From assembly GCA_031363095.1 (NCBI GenBank), contig JANLTX010000011.1, positions 26,575-90,574 of the forward strand: 64,000 bases of DNA, read 5' to 3'. Made by a program: the position numbers and the translations under genes. Source of the DNA: Armatimonadota bacterium (GTDB lineage Bacteria; Armatimonadota; Armatimonadia; Armatimonadales; Armatimonadaceae). The notes below the pieces were generated by a model, which saw only the letters and a program-made list of their open reading frames with translations, ran no database searches and had not been told where the DNA came from. Below, in pieces: positions 43,343-53,202 of the stretch; the first letter of the stretch is position 1; each line of letters opens with the position of its first letter.

Positions 43343-46300
43343 CTACGGTGCCTGTGACTCGAAGCGCGGAGCCAGGCTCTGCCAGAACAGATCGTAGCCT
43401 CGCGGCAGGGCATTCAACTGGTTCGGCCCGCCGATCACCCGCCCGGTACGCTCCCTCGGCGACGCCCAGAACATCCACATCTTGCCCGACTGAAGCTGCG
43501 GATCCGTGATCGCTCCTGTCACCAAATCGACAGGCGCGGGCCCGTTGGGTCGAACCGGCAACGGTGGCGCGAACAGATCGACGAATCCGAAGACCTGGCC
43601 TTCGTTGACCGACTTGGTCAGCGAGAGCGCCGACGGTCCGACCTGGCCCTCAATCGTCGGTGGCTGCTCCTCGATCATCCCCAGCCGGGTCTGCGGAACC
43701 GCCGGGTTTGCCGGAGTTCCAAACGCTCCCACGCGGTTCGTCCCCGTCGCCGGAGTGTAGATCGAGATGGCACCTCGGATCGGCAGCCCTTCGTAGAACG
43801 GATCGACGAAGATCTTTCCGGTCTTGATATCGACGTCGAACGCCACGGGCGTCCAGGCACCGAGCTGGACCTCGACAGTCACCCCGGCCAGCGCCGAGTT
43901 GAGCGTCACGAGATCGCGTGCTCCCAGCCCCAGAGTCTCGTTCTGGCCCAGAAGCGGGTTGCCCAGGTTGTCCAACGTCACCTTCAGGTCGATCCCGACG
44001 CGCCGGACGCTGCTGTAGAGTTCACTTCCCTTTTTGTCCGCAAGCTCTTTGCGCCAGAGCAGCCAGTGCCGTCCGGTGAAGACAGCGCCCAGAGGTCGCC
44101 GCAGGATGCTGTTGAAGCTGTTTCCGTTGGTGGTCTGAGCCGCTGTCCGCAGATCGGTGAAGGCGATGCTTCCCGTGTCCGCCGCGCCGTCCGGGGTGAG
44201 CCGGTACGCCTGCGGCTGGTAGGTCGCCAGAACCCGATCTGCGACTCCCGCCACTTTGACGCTGGTCGGAACGTCCACACCACGGAACCGGACGATGCCC
44301 GCCGAGGTGTCCACCAGAACCTGCAGAATGCCCGTGGGCCGCTGAATGTTCTGGAAGAGCGTCTGGCTCGCACTGTCCCACTGCCAGTTCGCCGCGACCG
44401 TCGTGACCGGAGGCCCGGCCTTGTAAGCAATCGTCACGACAGGTGCCGTGGGCACGGTCAGGTCGCGGTTCCAGGCGATGTGCCGGGAACGGTAGGCCGA
44501 CTCTCGCCCGAACTTCTCCAGCTCCTCGCCCGTGATTACAGGCAACGCCACCGGAACGAGCCGGGCGTTGAGACCCGCACCCGTCATCCGGAAGCGCGAC
44601 AGGAACAGATCCGGAGTCGAGGTGCTGCGCAGAACGCCTGTGTAGTAGACATCCAGCACCGGGACATTGCCATTGCCCACCGTCGCCAGCCGCCGGACGA
44701 CGGCGCTCGGCTCGGAGGCCGAGGCGATGGCTCCAGGAAGCTCCAGCGCCCGCTCCACCCGCCGCTGCGTGCTCAGATTGCCCGCATCCGGCGTCGCGGT
44801 CGGAGTTCCATTGGCATTGGCTGGAGTCGGGACGTAGTACAGCCCCCACTTGCCCGCCGGTCCGCCGTAGTACAGCGCCAGAGTCGTGCTCGTGCTCGGC
44901 TCGTAGGCTGCCCGCACCCCGTAGCGGCGCAGGTTCGGGTCGGCGTTCACCACGAGCGGCGCGACGCCCCCCGGCTGACCATCCGCTCCGAGCGGCGCGT
45001 ACAGGATCGTGTCGGTCGAGCTGCCGCCCGCGTTCGGGGTTGAGTTGATCCAAAGCAGGGTCGCCGCACTTGAGGTCGGCAGAACCTGCATCGCAAACGG
45101 AGACAGGTTCGACTGAAGCCCGGCCACCGTGCTGATCTCCACCGGCGTCGAGAACCAGCGTCCCTGCGCCGCCAGCGGATTGTTTACCGGAACCGCTGTC
45201 GCCGGGTTCGACGCCGACTGCCAGGTTCCGAGCGTCGCGTTCCACAGAAGCCGACTGAAGTAGAGCTTGTAGCTTCCCCCTGCTTCCGAGCGGACGAAGT
45301 AGACGTTGAGCGAGCCGTCGGCTCCCCGGTAGGCGGTCGGCGAGAGCGCCGAGGCAGGCCGGTTCGCCGTGGTGAGCGGGTTGATGATCGTCTCGCTCAG
45401 CGGGAACGTGTCCACGCCGGGCAACAGGCCGCTGAAGACCGTCGCAAGCGACGTATCGAGCAGCGGATTGTTCAGCGCAAAGTCGGGAATCTGGCCCGTC
45501 AGCGGCGCTTCTGAAACCTGGAGGCGCAGATCGACCGCCGGGCTGGTGTGTGGCTGATAGACCCAGTTCGGGTTGGCCCCACCCGTGTAGTTCTGCATCC
45601 GAAGCACGTTCCGGTCCGGAACCATCGGGTCAGATGTTCGGATGGGAAGGGTTCCCGGAGTCGGGTTGGATGCCCCCTGCGTGTTGAACCCGCCGTAGGT
45701 CGGGCCTGCCGTCGTCATCGCTCCACCGTTGAGAATCGGAACCGCGTTGTAGCCGCCGTTGGGCGTGTCGAGGTTCTCGAAGACCGCGAGCATCGGGGGT
45801 GCGCCGCTTACGTTGGACGCCGTGCTTTCGTAGATACCCGACGGTGTCCCGAGCGGCACCGCGACGCCGACCTTGACAGGCGTCGCCGTCACTCCGGCGA
45901 GCGTGTCGCTGCGCGGAAGGTCGGGCAGGCCGAGCACCGAAGGCGTCGAGTTGCCCGTCAGCGGTTTCTTGAGGGTGTGCCGTCCGTTGAACGGAGCGTA
46001 GAACCGTGCATAGTCTACCGGCGTGACCAGTGTCTGGACATGTGTCGTCCAGGCCGCGTCCAGGTCGGCATCGAGCGACGTGACGACGTGCGGCATGAGG
46101 TTCGCCGTCTGAAGCGACGCCAGCGGGTCGGCTCCCACCGAGAGAATCCCGAACTTGTCGTCCACGGCGCTGGACTTCAACCCGAAGTAGTAGAAATTCT
46201 GTCCACTCCCGAAGTTGCCCGAGCCAGGAAGCGTGGGCGGAGCCTCCACTTTCTGCGACGACCGCAGGTTCCACAGGTTGACGTTGCCCGTGTTGAACAC

Positions 46301-49300
46301 GGTCATCGGCTTGAAGTAGCTGGCATCGTAGGGCGTCTTGCCCGCAGCACCAAGCGGATTGAGCGGACCGGGGACGAACCCGGATGCGAACGCGCCGGGA
46401 GTCTGGCCGTAGCCAAGCAGACTGTTCTCCATCCCGAGGCCCTGCGGCAGTCGCCCCAGGTCCACCAGTGTGGGCTTGCTGTCGGTGGTATTGCTGGAGC
46501 CAAGCCCGAGGTCAACCGGGACACCTGCCCAGACCTCGACCTCGCGGTACGGCTCGTTGTTGTCCCGAATCCCGTTGTTGTTCGTGTCCACCCAGACCTC
46601 GGCCAGCGATGTGTACCCGTAGGGCGCGATGGTCGCGTTGCCGGTGGGAACTCCCGTGACCGGATTGATCGACTGGAGCGAGCGCGGCGCGTTGGCGATA
46701 GCCCCGGCAGGTGCCATGATGCTACTCTTGCGCGGAAGCTGGAGCGGCCCCGAGATTCCCCCGGTGAACGCGCCATCATCCGTCGAAGGCTGCTTGTATG
46801 TGGACGTGAGCGAGTGCATCGCCGCGAGGTTCGCGGGCTGATGCTGCGGAATCCGCACGGTCAGCGAGGCCGCGAACTGATTGAGCGCCAGCAGCGCATT
46901 GGTGTCGGCCAGCCCCACAATAGGATTGATAGCACCACGCTGGTTAGCAGCGATGTTCAACTGGCCGTTGGGGATCTGCCCGCCGCCCTTGGTCAAGTCC
47001 TGACCGCCCAGCATCACCGAGACGTTCTGCGAGCCGCTGGAGCTGGTCGTGGTGCCCGGAATGTCCGGATAGTCCACGCTCGACCCGAGGTTCTGGGTCG
47101 CCTCCGACGGATCGACGGGTCGCCACGGCGCGTAGGCCGAGGCCGCCGTGGGCCGAGACTCCCAGGGAAGCGGGTTGATGACGCCATCGCGTCCCATCCC
47201 TGTCGGGGTCAGGCGCGGGTTCGCCGTGTCTTCATCCGAGTTCGGGATCACGGTCGGCCACCAGCGCCAGTTCAGGTCACGGATAACCTTGACGCGGATG
47301 TTGTCCAGCCCGGCCTGAGCGCTTCGGTTCACAATGCGCAGGTTTTTCTGATTCGGCGCGATGTCCGAGCTGGCGCTGCGCCCGTGCTGGCCGTAGCCCA
47401 GGCCCACCGCAACCGGGACGTAGAACGTCGGGTCGTTCGCCCCGTTTTCATCTTTGAGAACTTTCTCAAAGTTCGGGTTCAGATTTCCCATGGAGTCGTA
47501 GCGGTTCAGCTCGACACGCGTGATCTGGTTGCCGTTGGCGAGCGCCTGGCTGAACTCGTAGCTTGCCCGGTCGGGGTCGCGGGTGCCGTTGCTGGCTCCC
47601 ACATCGGCCACCGCGCTGGCAGCGTCGCCCGGCCCCCCGGCTCCCGTGGCCGTCCGGAACGGCCCGATGCCGTTCATCAGCTTACCTTCAGCGTTCTCGA
47701 CGACTGCGGGGATGTTGCCCGTGGTCTGGACCAGATGGCCCTGAACCCCGAGCGGGTTGGCGACGAACAGGTCCGGCTCGACATTGTCACGCTGCGAGAG
47801 CGCATCGATGCCCGAGTTGCGGCTGATCGGCACGACGCCCGGATAGGGCGGCAGGCCCAGGTGGACGATGTTCGAGCCACCGGCCACCGAGACATGGAGC
47901 TTCTGCCCCGGCGTCTGCCCGGAGATGTTAATTTCGTAGAACGCGACACCCAGGCGGCTCGGGTGTGAGTTCGCTGAGAGCGTCCCCGCGCCGTAGTCCG
48001 GAACGTACGGATACGTAACGACCGTCCCGGCGGATGTCGGCAGATTGACGGTAGTCGTTCCGTTTTTGCCCGAGATCACCAGGTTCACCTGGAACGAAGG
48101 GGGCGGCGCAGGCGGGTTCGCCGGAATCGGGAAACCGGTGGTGGGATCGGTGATGTAGCTCGGCGCGACCACGGGGACATCCCAGATCACGACGTAGGCT
48201 TTCTGGCCCCACTCGTAGAGGTTCTTCTTGCCCTTCGCCGCACGCGACAGAACGTCGAGCGTCACGCCGCCATCGGCAGGAAGCGGAAGGCCCGGATCGC
48301 GGCGCGGTCTGCGAGGCGTCCCGGCATTAGCCGCCGCCTGGAGCGCGACGAAGTCCGCCTGGTCGAAGATATCGACCTTGGTGAACGGAACGCCATCGCG
48401 ATTCAGTGCAATCGGGACGTTGCGCGGACGACCGAAGCCGTTGCGCTCGCCCGACGGGAAGACCGGCGTGATCTCGTACAGAACGCCCAGAGTGCTTCCG
48501 ACGTACAGCCAGGCGACGCGGTGCCCAGCCGGGTTGACGTTGTCGAAATCGTCGCTGCGAACCCCGCCGCTGGCGACCAGAGCCACCGCACGCTCGGCGT
48601 CCGAGACGGGACGCTCTGGCGTGAAGGCCGGGTTGCCAATTCCGGTGTAGCCCGGCAGGCGGTACTTGCCCGCCTCGTTGTTGTTGCCCGGAGGCAGCGT
48701 CGGGTCGAGAGTCGTCGCGTAGGTTTTGTCGTAGAACAAGCCGTTCAGGTCGAGCGGGAAGCCGCTCTGCCCGGTGTGCTCGTCGGCCAGGAGCGGCGCG
48801 GGCACCGCAGCCGGGTTTCCTTCAAACAAGGGCCGGGGCCGGAAGTGAGGCCGGGGCGCATCGTTGTGGAGCGATGCCTGCGCCGCAGGCTCCAATTCGG
48901 GATAGTAGGCGAAGTCCACCGACGGATCGGCACCGTTCTTGGCACGCCAGGCGAGCCGCCGCGCCGTGAAGTCGGTGTCCAGGCTCTCGTGGTAGGCATT
49001 GGTGAACGAGACCACACCCGTGCCCGGTCCGCCCAGCCCAAACAGGCTCAGATGAATGACGTGCTCGGGGTTCAGGCGATCCAGGCTCCCCTCGACTACT
49101 GCCCAGCCCAGGGTCGAGCTGCCGTCTTCCCCTTCGATGTTGGCGCTGATCTCGTAGAGCGAGCCGCTCTGGCTGTCCGAGCCGTGGGTCGTCACCCAGA
49201 GAACCGGGTACTGATACGCCGTATTTTCCAGGTTCGCCGCCGGAGTGATCGTCGGATCGAGGAACGCACCACGCGTCGTGGTGAGCGGATCGTCGATGTC

Positions 49301-52300
49301 CTGGTTGACGTAGCGCGCTGTCAGGTCCGTGGTCGGTAAGACCGGGACGACAAGCGTCATGTTGTAGTAGAAGTTGGTGATGTTCCCCAGAACGTTGGTA
49401 ACCACCGGAGCATCGTCCGTGGGCAGAAGCGGGACGCTCGGATGCGCCGCGTTCACCTGTGGCCCCACGGTCGCCGGAACCGTCGGCAGTCCGTCAGCGG
49501 CTACCTTGGCGGTCGGGTTGTTGCGGTTCTGTAGCGGCCCGCCCGTGATCGTGATGCTCTCGACCGCTGTCGGGTCGTTGTCGAGGTTCAGAGCACGAGC
49601 CAGAATCCGGTTGAACGCAAAGGCGTCTTTCCCGCCGACGCGTAGCATCGGATTGACCGGGTTTGCGGGATCGTTCGGGTTCAGAAGGTCGCGCAGACCG
49701 GCATCGGCCACGTTCCCTGTCCAGAGCGGGCCGGGAATCACCGTGTCGGTCGGGAGCGCCTGCTCCTGCGGCTGGCCGCTGTCGCGGTAGCGCACCAGAA
49801 GCCCGGTGTCTTCGTCGATGTCAATCGCGTAGAGCCGCCCCTTGCCGCCGACCGCGCCGCCGCCGACGTAGAGAGTCGGGACCGGCCTTCGCGCCGGAGC
49901 CGCCGGACTGGCCGCCGTCGAGGGCGCGTTGCGCTGCTGGATAATCGGACGCCCGAAAGCATCGTACTGATCGTAGACCGGTCGATAGATCCACGACGGC
50001 GTCGCGCGGCTCAGCGTCCCGCCCAGAAGCGGATTGACCCACTGATCCAGCGCAAGGCCCGCGATGCGCGAGTTGGCTGCCGGAGCCGCAGCCGCAAACG
50101 GCGTCGAGGTACCGATGGCCACCTGGGGCGTCGGGTTGGTCAGAAAGTCGCGCCGATCCCCAATCTGATCTAAAAGAAGAAGCCGTCCAGTCGTGCTACC
50201 CGGATCGTTGACCGAGACCGCGACGTAGCGCCGAATCCCTGAGAGCCGGGTATCGTCCGGGTCGAGGTACGGGAAATCGACCAGCGAGACGCCGCCTTCG
50301 ATGGGTGCAAAGCCCGCCTGACGACTCGCCAGTCGGTTCGCCCCGAACACAGACGAGAAGTCCGGGTCTTCGAACTCGAATTTCTGGGTCAACTGGGTGT
50401 TCTGGTACGTATTGGGGAACGCCCAGCGCGGACGAAGCGTCCCTTCCAGGCGCTCGGCATCGACCACGCCGTTCCCATCGAGGTCGGTGGCGACCTGGAC
50501 GTTGTGGAACCAGCGGTCGTCGTTGAGGGCCGCCGCCGAGTTGGGCGCAGGAGCTGCGGCGACCGGGTCGCCGGGCGTCCCGTCGAAGACCATATTGGTC
50601 TCGTGGTTGCCGCGCGTGACCGGCCCCTGCCAGTCCAGACAATAAACTCGCCCCTCACCGCTCGTGACGTAGACGCCCTTGCTGCCCAGGCCCGCGATGC
50701 GCGGGTGCGCCCAGCTCGAAACGGCAGGCGTCGCATTGATCGCGCCGCCCTGGCCACCGGCCAGCGTTCTAAACCACCACTTCAGCTCGCCGCGATGGTC
50801 GTTCGCTTCGGTAGCATCGATGTAGGCAATCGCTCGAAGAGTAGCCGTCGGGTTGATGAGCTGCTCGCCCTTGCGGAAGCCAAGCGGGAGCGGCTTGCCC
50901 GTGCCGTCCACGCCGCTTGCTCGCGCCCGCGCATCGAGGGCGTACAGAACGCCGTTCTGGTTGCCCACGAACAGGCGCGGCTCTTGCGTCGCTGTGTTCA
51001 GAAGTCCGTCGTCGTCGGGGCGCTCCCAGGCGATGGTCGGCGAGGACGCCGCGTAGCCTGCGGGAACAGGAATCTCGGTCTTGAGACGCTTGCTGTACTC
51101 CTGGAATGTCTCCGGGTTTGCTCCCGTGGTTATGCGCGGGTGCGACTTCGGCTCGAAGACCCACAAAACGTTGGTCGTTCCATTGCGGAAGTTGCCCAGC
51201 TTCGTCGTGTCGGCGGCGTGCTCGAAGTAGCGGTTGTCGTTGTTCCCGAACGGGTCGAGCGCCAGAAGAGTCCCGTTGGGTAGCGCGACGAACGCCACGG
51301 GCATCTGAATCGCCTGGCGGATCGGCACTCCCGGTTTCGAGTAGCGCTCCGGAGCGGAGTCGGCGACGCCCACCATGTTGGTGTTGGTCGCGTCGTAGGT
51401 CGGCACCTGTGCGGTTCCAAAGACGCTGATCCCTGGAACGACGGTCACAGAAGCATGCGCCCCACCGGAGAAGTCGCCGCGTAGAAAAATCTCGTTGTCC
51501 TGGATCGCGCCGTCGGGGTTGCCCTCGGCACCGCCATCGAACGAGATCACATTGGCGATCTGATAGACCACATCATTGGGAGGATTACTGAAGTTATCGG
51601 TTCCGATTCTGGGGTTGCGCGGCCCGCCTGGCAGGTGCGTGCGGTCAGGGAAACGCCAGATCACGGTGCGGGTCGCCGAGTCGAGGCAATAAATGCTCGT
51701 CACCGGAATCGTCCGGGTCGCGTCCACTGCGCTGGGCAGGAAGTCCGTGCGGACCACCAGCACCTGAGCGTTCGAGAAGAACGGAATCTGGTCGGGTCCG
51801 TTGCGATATGCCTGATGGTTCTCCGCGTTCACCTGATTGGTTCGGACGCCCGCCGTGGTGCGCGGATCGATCAAAGAAAGCGGAGCCTGGAACAGGACGC
51901 TCGGGTTTGCCCGGTCGCCGTTGTTGACATCGAAGGCCGGATCGCGCGGATTATTGGCAAAATCGAACGAGTCGTTGGGATGCGCGGTGCCTGTCCCGGT
52001 GACCATCGGGTTGGTTGCGTAGTTCGTCCCGGCAGCGGGCTGCTGGATCGGAATTCCCGGAGGCAGCGCCCCGGTGTCTGTCTTGCGTCCCCCGTGCGGC
52101 CCGACCATCGTCGGGGCGGCGTAGTACGCAAACGCATGCTGGTCGAACTCCACCAGATCGGCCACGACAACTTCACCGGCCTGCGGATTGGTGTGCGTCG
52201 TCACCAGCTGAACCGAAGCGCGGGCCGTAACCCCAACCGTCGGGCCGCCGCCTATCGTCGGAGCACCTGTGTAGGAACGCTCGGTCACCATCGGGAAGTA

Positions 52301-53155
52301 GGCCCGGCTGCCGTCGTCGGTGTTGGTCAGATAAAACTCACCACCGACCTCCTGAGAGATCGTGTAGATCTTGGTTTTAGTGACAAACTGTCCTGGCACG
52401 AGCGCCCCCGACGCGTCTCGGAACGGCTCGTGGTACGTCACCGTGTAGCGGGCGTCCTCGATGCGCTTCTCGACCTGAGGAATCGTCGGGTCGGGATCGG
52501 GAATATGAATTTTTATCGCAAAGCGCCGGAACTCACCGGCGCGCCCCGCGACGCGCGGGTACCAGACGAAGCGCCGGGCCGGAGCCGTGGGCGCGGTCGC
52601 CGGAGCGCAGTGATACTGGGCGTCCACGCCGCCGGGCGTGTTCGCGCCCGTCGAAGGCCCGGTCTTGGCGATCCAGGCCGGATCGAACCCGACCACTGCC
52701 GTCGTCAGGGGCGAGATCGGCGTTCCGGGAGCCAGCGGAAGCGCGACGGCGGGAAGCTGGTCGTCGGCAATCGCAGACGGAAAGAGCGCGTCGGAGAAGA
52801 CCTGCCCGCCCATGTCGAAGTAGGTGCCGTTGTGAGCGAACTGCGTGTCCCCTCCCTGCGTAGCCTGCGGGTACGGCCAGACATCCGGCTGAACCGAGGC
52901 ATCCGGGGAGAAGCCCATGCGGGAGTAGGGAACCTGCCGCGCCGTCGCGTTCCCCTGGGTGATTCCCAGCAGATGGTCCCCGCTCATCCGTCCTCGCTGG
53001 CGGGTGTCCCCCTTGGCGGAAGGAGCCGGGTTCAGCGCCGACTGGCGATGGGTGGCACCGGGCTTGGGCAGGTGGTCGGTCTGAGCCCAGGCAAGCCCAG
53101 GAAGGACCGCCAGAAGCGCAGCCATGCACGTCGATGTACGCAACAGAGACATCAT
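43343..53155 (-). CDS. Giant (~3270 aa) secreted protein, beta-propeller/PilY1-like motifs, function unknown
   Basis: Preferred start MMSLLRTSTCMAALLAVLPGLAWA (signal peptide) at 53155. PQQ/BamB-like strand motifs (NGVLYALDA, GRVYCLDWQG, GRLYAIDID). EF-hand-like loops DLDGNGVVDAE and DTNNNGIRDNNE. Uninterrupted ORF of ~9.8 kb. Confidence 0.8.
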   Translation of the reverse strand: MMSLLRTSTCMAALLAVLPGLAWAQTDHLPKPGATHRQSALNPAPSAKGDTRQRGRMSGDHLLGITQGNATARQVPYSRMGFSPDASVQPDVWPYPQATQGGDTQFAHNGTYFDMGGQVFSDALFPSAIADDQLPAVALPLAPGTPISPLTTAVVGFDPAWIAKTGPSTGANTPGGVDAQYHCAPATAPTAPARRFVWYPRVAGRAGEFRRFAIKIHIPDPDPTIPQVEKRIEDARYTVTYHEPFRDASGALVPGQFVTKTKIYTISQEVGGEFYLTNTDDGSRAYFPMVTERSYTGAPTIGGGPTVGVTARASVQLVTTHTNPQAGEVVVADLVEFDQHAFAYYAAPTMVGPHGGRKTDTGALPPGIPIQQPAAGTNYATNPMVTGTGTAHPNDSFDFANNPRDPAFDVNNGDRANPSVLFQAPLSLIDPRTTAGVRTNQVNAENHQAYRNGPDQIPFFSNAQVLVVRTDFLPSAVDATRTIPVTSIYCLDSATRTVIWRFPDRTHLPGGPRNPRIGTDNFSNPPNDVVYQIANVISFDGGAEGNPDGAIQDNEIFLRGDFSGGAHASVTVVPGISVFGTAQVPTYDATNTNMVGVADSAPERYSKPGVPIRQAIQMPVAFVALPNGTLLALDPFGNNDNRYFEHAADTTKLGNFRNGTTNVLWVFEPKSHPRITTGANPETFQEYSKRLKTEIPVPAGYAASSPTIAWERPDDDGLLNTATQEPRLFVGNQNGVLYALDARARASGVDGTGKPLPLGFRKGEQLINPTATLRAIAYIDATEANDHRGELKWWFRTLAGGQGGAINATPAVSSWAHPRIAGLGSKGVYVTSGEGRVYCLDWQGPVTRGNHETNMVFDGTPGDPVAAAPAPNSAAALNDDRWFHNVQVATDLDGNGVVDAERLEGTLRPRWAFPNTYQNTQLTQKFEFEDPDFSSVFGANRLASRQAGFAPIEGGVSLVDFPYLDPDDTRLSGIRRYVAVSVNDPGSTTGRLLLLDQIGDRRDFLTNPTPQVAIGTSTPFAAAAPAANSRIAGLALDQWVNPLLGGTLSRATPSWIYRPVYDQYDAFGRPIIQQRNAPSTAASPAAPARRPVPTLYVGGGAVGGKGRLYAIDIDEDTGLLVRYRDSGQPQEQALPTDTVIPGPLWTGNVADAGLRDLLNPNDPANPVNPMLRVGGKDAFAFNRILARALNLDNDPTAVESITITGGPLQNRNNPTAKVAADGLPTVPATVGPQVNAAHPSVPLLPTDDAPVVTNVLGNITNFYYNMTLVVPVLPTTDLTARYVNQDIDDPLTTTRGAFLDPTITPAANLENTAYQYPVLWVTTHGSDSQSGSLYEISANIEGEDGSSTLGWAVVEGSLDRLNPEHVIHLSLFGLGGPGTGVVSFTNAYHESLDTDFTARRLAWRAKNGADPSVDFAYYPELEPAAQASLHNDAPRPHFRPRPLFEGNPAAVPAPLLADEHTGQSGFPLDLNGLFYDKTYATTLDPTLPPGNNNEAGKYRLPGYTGIGNPAFTPERPVSDAERAVALVASGGVRSDDFDNVNPAGHRVAWLYVGSTLGVLYEITPVFPSGERNGFGRPRNVPIALNRDGVPFTKVDIFDQADFVALQAAANAGTPRRPRRDPGLPLPADGGVTLDVLSRAAKGKKNLYEWGQKAYVVIWDVPVVAPSYITDPTTGFPIPANPPAPPPSFQVNLVISGKNGTTTVNLPTSAGTVVTYPYVPDYGAGTLSANSHPSRLGVAFYEINISGQTPGQKLHVSVAGGSNIVHLGLPPYPGVVPISRNSGIDALSQRDNVEPDLFVANPLGVQGHLVQTTGNIPAVVENAEGKLMNGIGPFRTATGAGGPGDAASAVADVGASNGTRDPDRASYEFSQALANGNQITRVELNRYDSMGNLNPNFEKVLKDENGANDPTFYVPVAVGLGYGQHGRSASSDIAPNQKNLRIVNRSAQAGLDNIRVKVIRDLNWRWWPTVIPNSDEDTANPRLTPTGMGRDGVINPLPWESRPTAASAYAPWRPVDPSEATQNLGSSVDYPDIPGTTTSSSGSQNVSVMLGGQDLTKGGGQIPNGQLNIAANQRGAINPIVGLADTNALLALNQFAASLTVRIPQHQPANLAAMHSLTSTYKQPSTDDGAFTGGISGPLQLPRKSSIMAPAGAIANAPRSLQSINPVTGVPTGNATIAPYGYTSLAEVWVDTNNNGIRDNNEPYREVEVWAGVPVDLGLGSSNTTDSKPTLVDLGRLPQGLGMENSLLGYGQTPGAFASGFVPGPLNPLGAAGKTPYDASYFKPMTVFNTGNVNLWNLRSSQKVEAPPTLPGSGNFGSGQNFYYFGLKSSAVDDKFGILSVGADPLASLQTANLMPHVVTSLDADLDAAWTTHVQTLVTPVDYARFYAPFNGRHTLKKPLTGNSTPSVLGLPDLPRSDTLAGVTATPVKVGVAVPLGTPSGIYESTASNVSGAPPMLAVFENLDTPNGGYNAVPILNGGAMTTAGPTYGGFNTQGASNPTPGTLPIRTSDPMVPDRNVLRMQNYTGGANPNWVYQPHTSPAVDLRLQVSEAPLTGQIPDFALNNPLLDTSLATVFSGLLPGVDTFPLSETIINPLTTANRPASALSPTAYRGADGSLNVYFVRSEAGGSYKLYFSRLLWNATLGTWQSASNPATAVPVNNPLAAQGRWFSTPVEISTVAGLQSNLSPFAMQVLPTSSAATLLWINSTPNAGGSSTDTILYAPLGADGQPGGVAPLVVNADPNLRRYGVRAAYEPSTSTTLALYYGGPAGKWGLYYVPTPANANGTPTATPDAGNLSTQRRVERALELPGAIASASEPSAVVRRLATVGNGNVPVLDVYYTGVLRSTSTPDLFLSRFRMTGAGLNARLVPVALPVITGEELEKFGRESAYRSRHIAWNRDLTVPTAPVVTIAYKAGPPVTTVAANWQWDSASQTLFQNIQRPTGILQVLVDTSAGIVRFRGVDVPTSVKVAGVADRVLATYQPQAYRLTPDGAADTGSIAFTDLRTAAQTTNGNSFNSILRRPLGAVFTGRHWLLWRKELADKKGSELYSSVRRVGIDLKVTLDNLGNPLLGQNETLGLGARDLVTLNSALAGVTVEVQLGAWTPVAFDVDIKTGKIFVDPFYEGLPIRGAISIYTPATGTNRVGAFGTPANPAVPQTRLGMIEEQPPTIEGQVGPSALSLTKSVNEGQVFGFVDLFAPPLPVRPNGPAPVDLVTGAITDPQLQSGKMWMFWASPRERTGRVIGGPNQLNALPRGYDLFWQSLAPRFESQAP

Positions 53156-53202
53156 AAATCGGCTTTCAAATTCCTTCGTCGCACGCTTAATCACGAAATG
53201 GT

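Noticed and set aside
45548-47968. 806-aa plus-strand ORF. Similar long ORFs occur at 51635-53587 (+), 58471-60519 (+), 56605-57741 (+), 54847-55920 (+), 44066-45043 (+) and 44022-45245 (-).
   Set aside because: All lie antisense to, or in an alternate frame of, the giant minus-strand genes. They have the Arg/Gly/Pro/Val-rich composition typical of shadow ORFs in high-GC DNA and no recognisable motifs. The giant frames carry signal peptides and coherent motifs.
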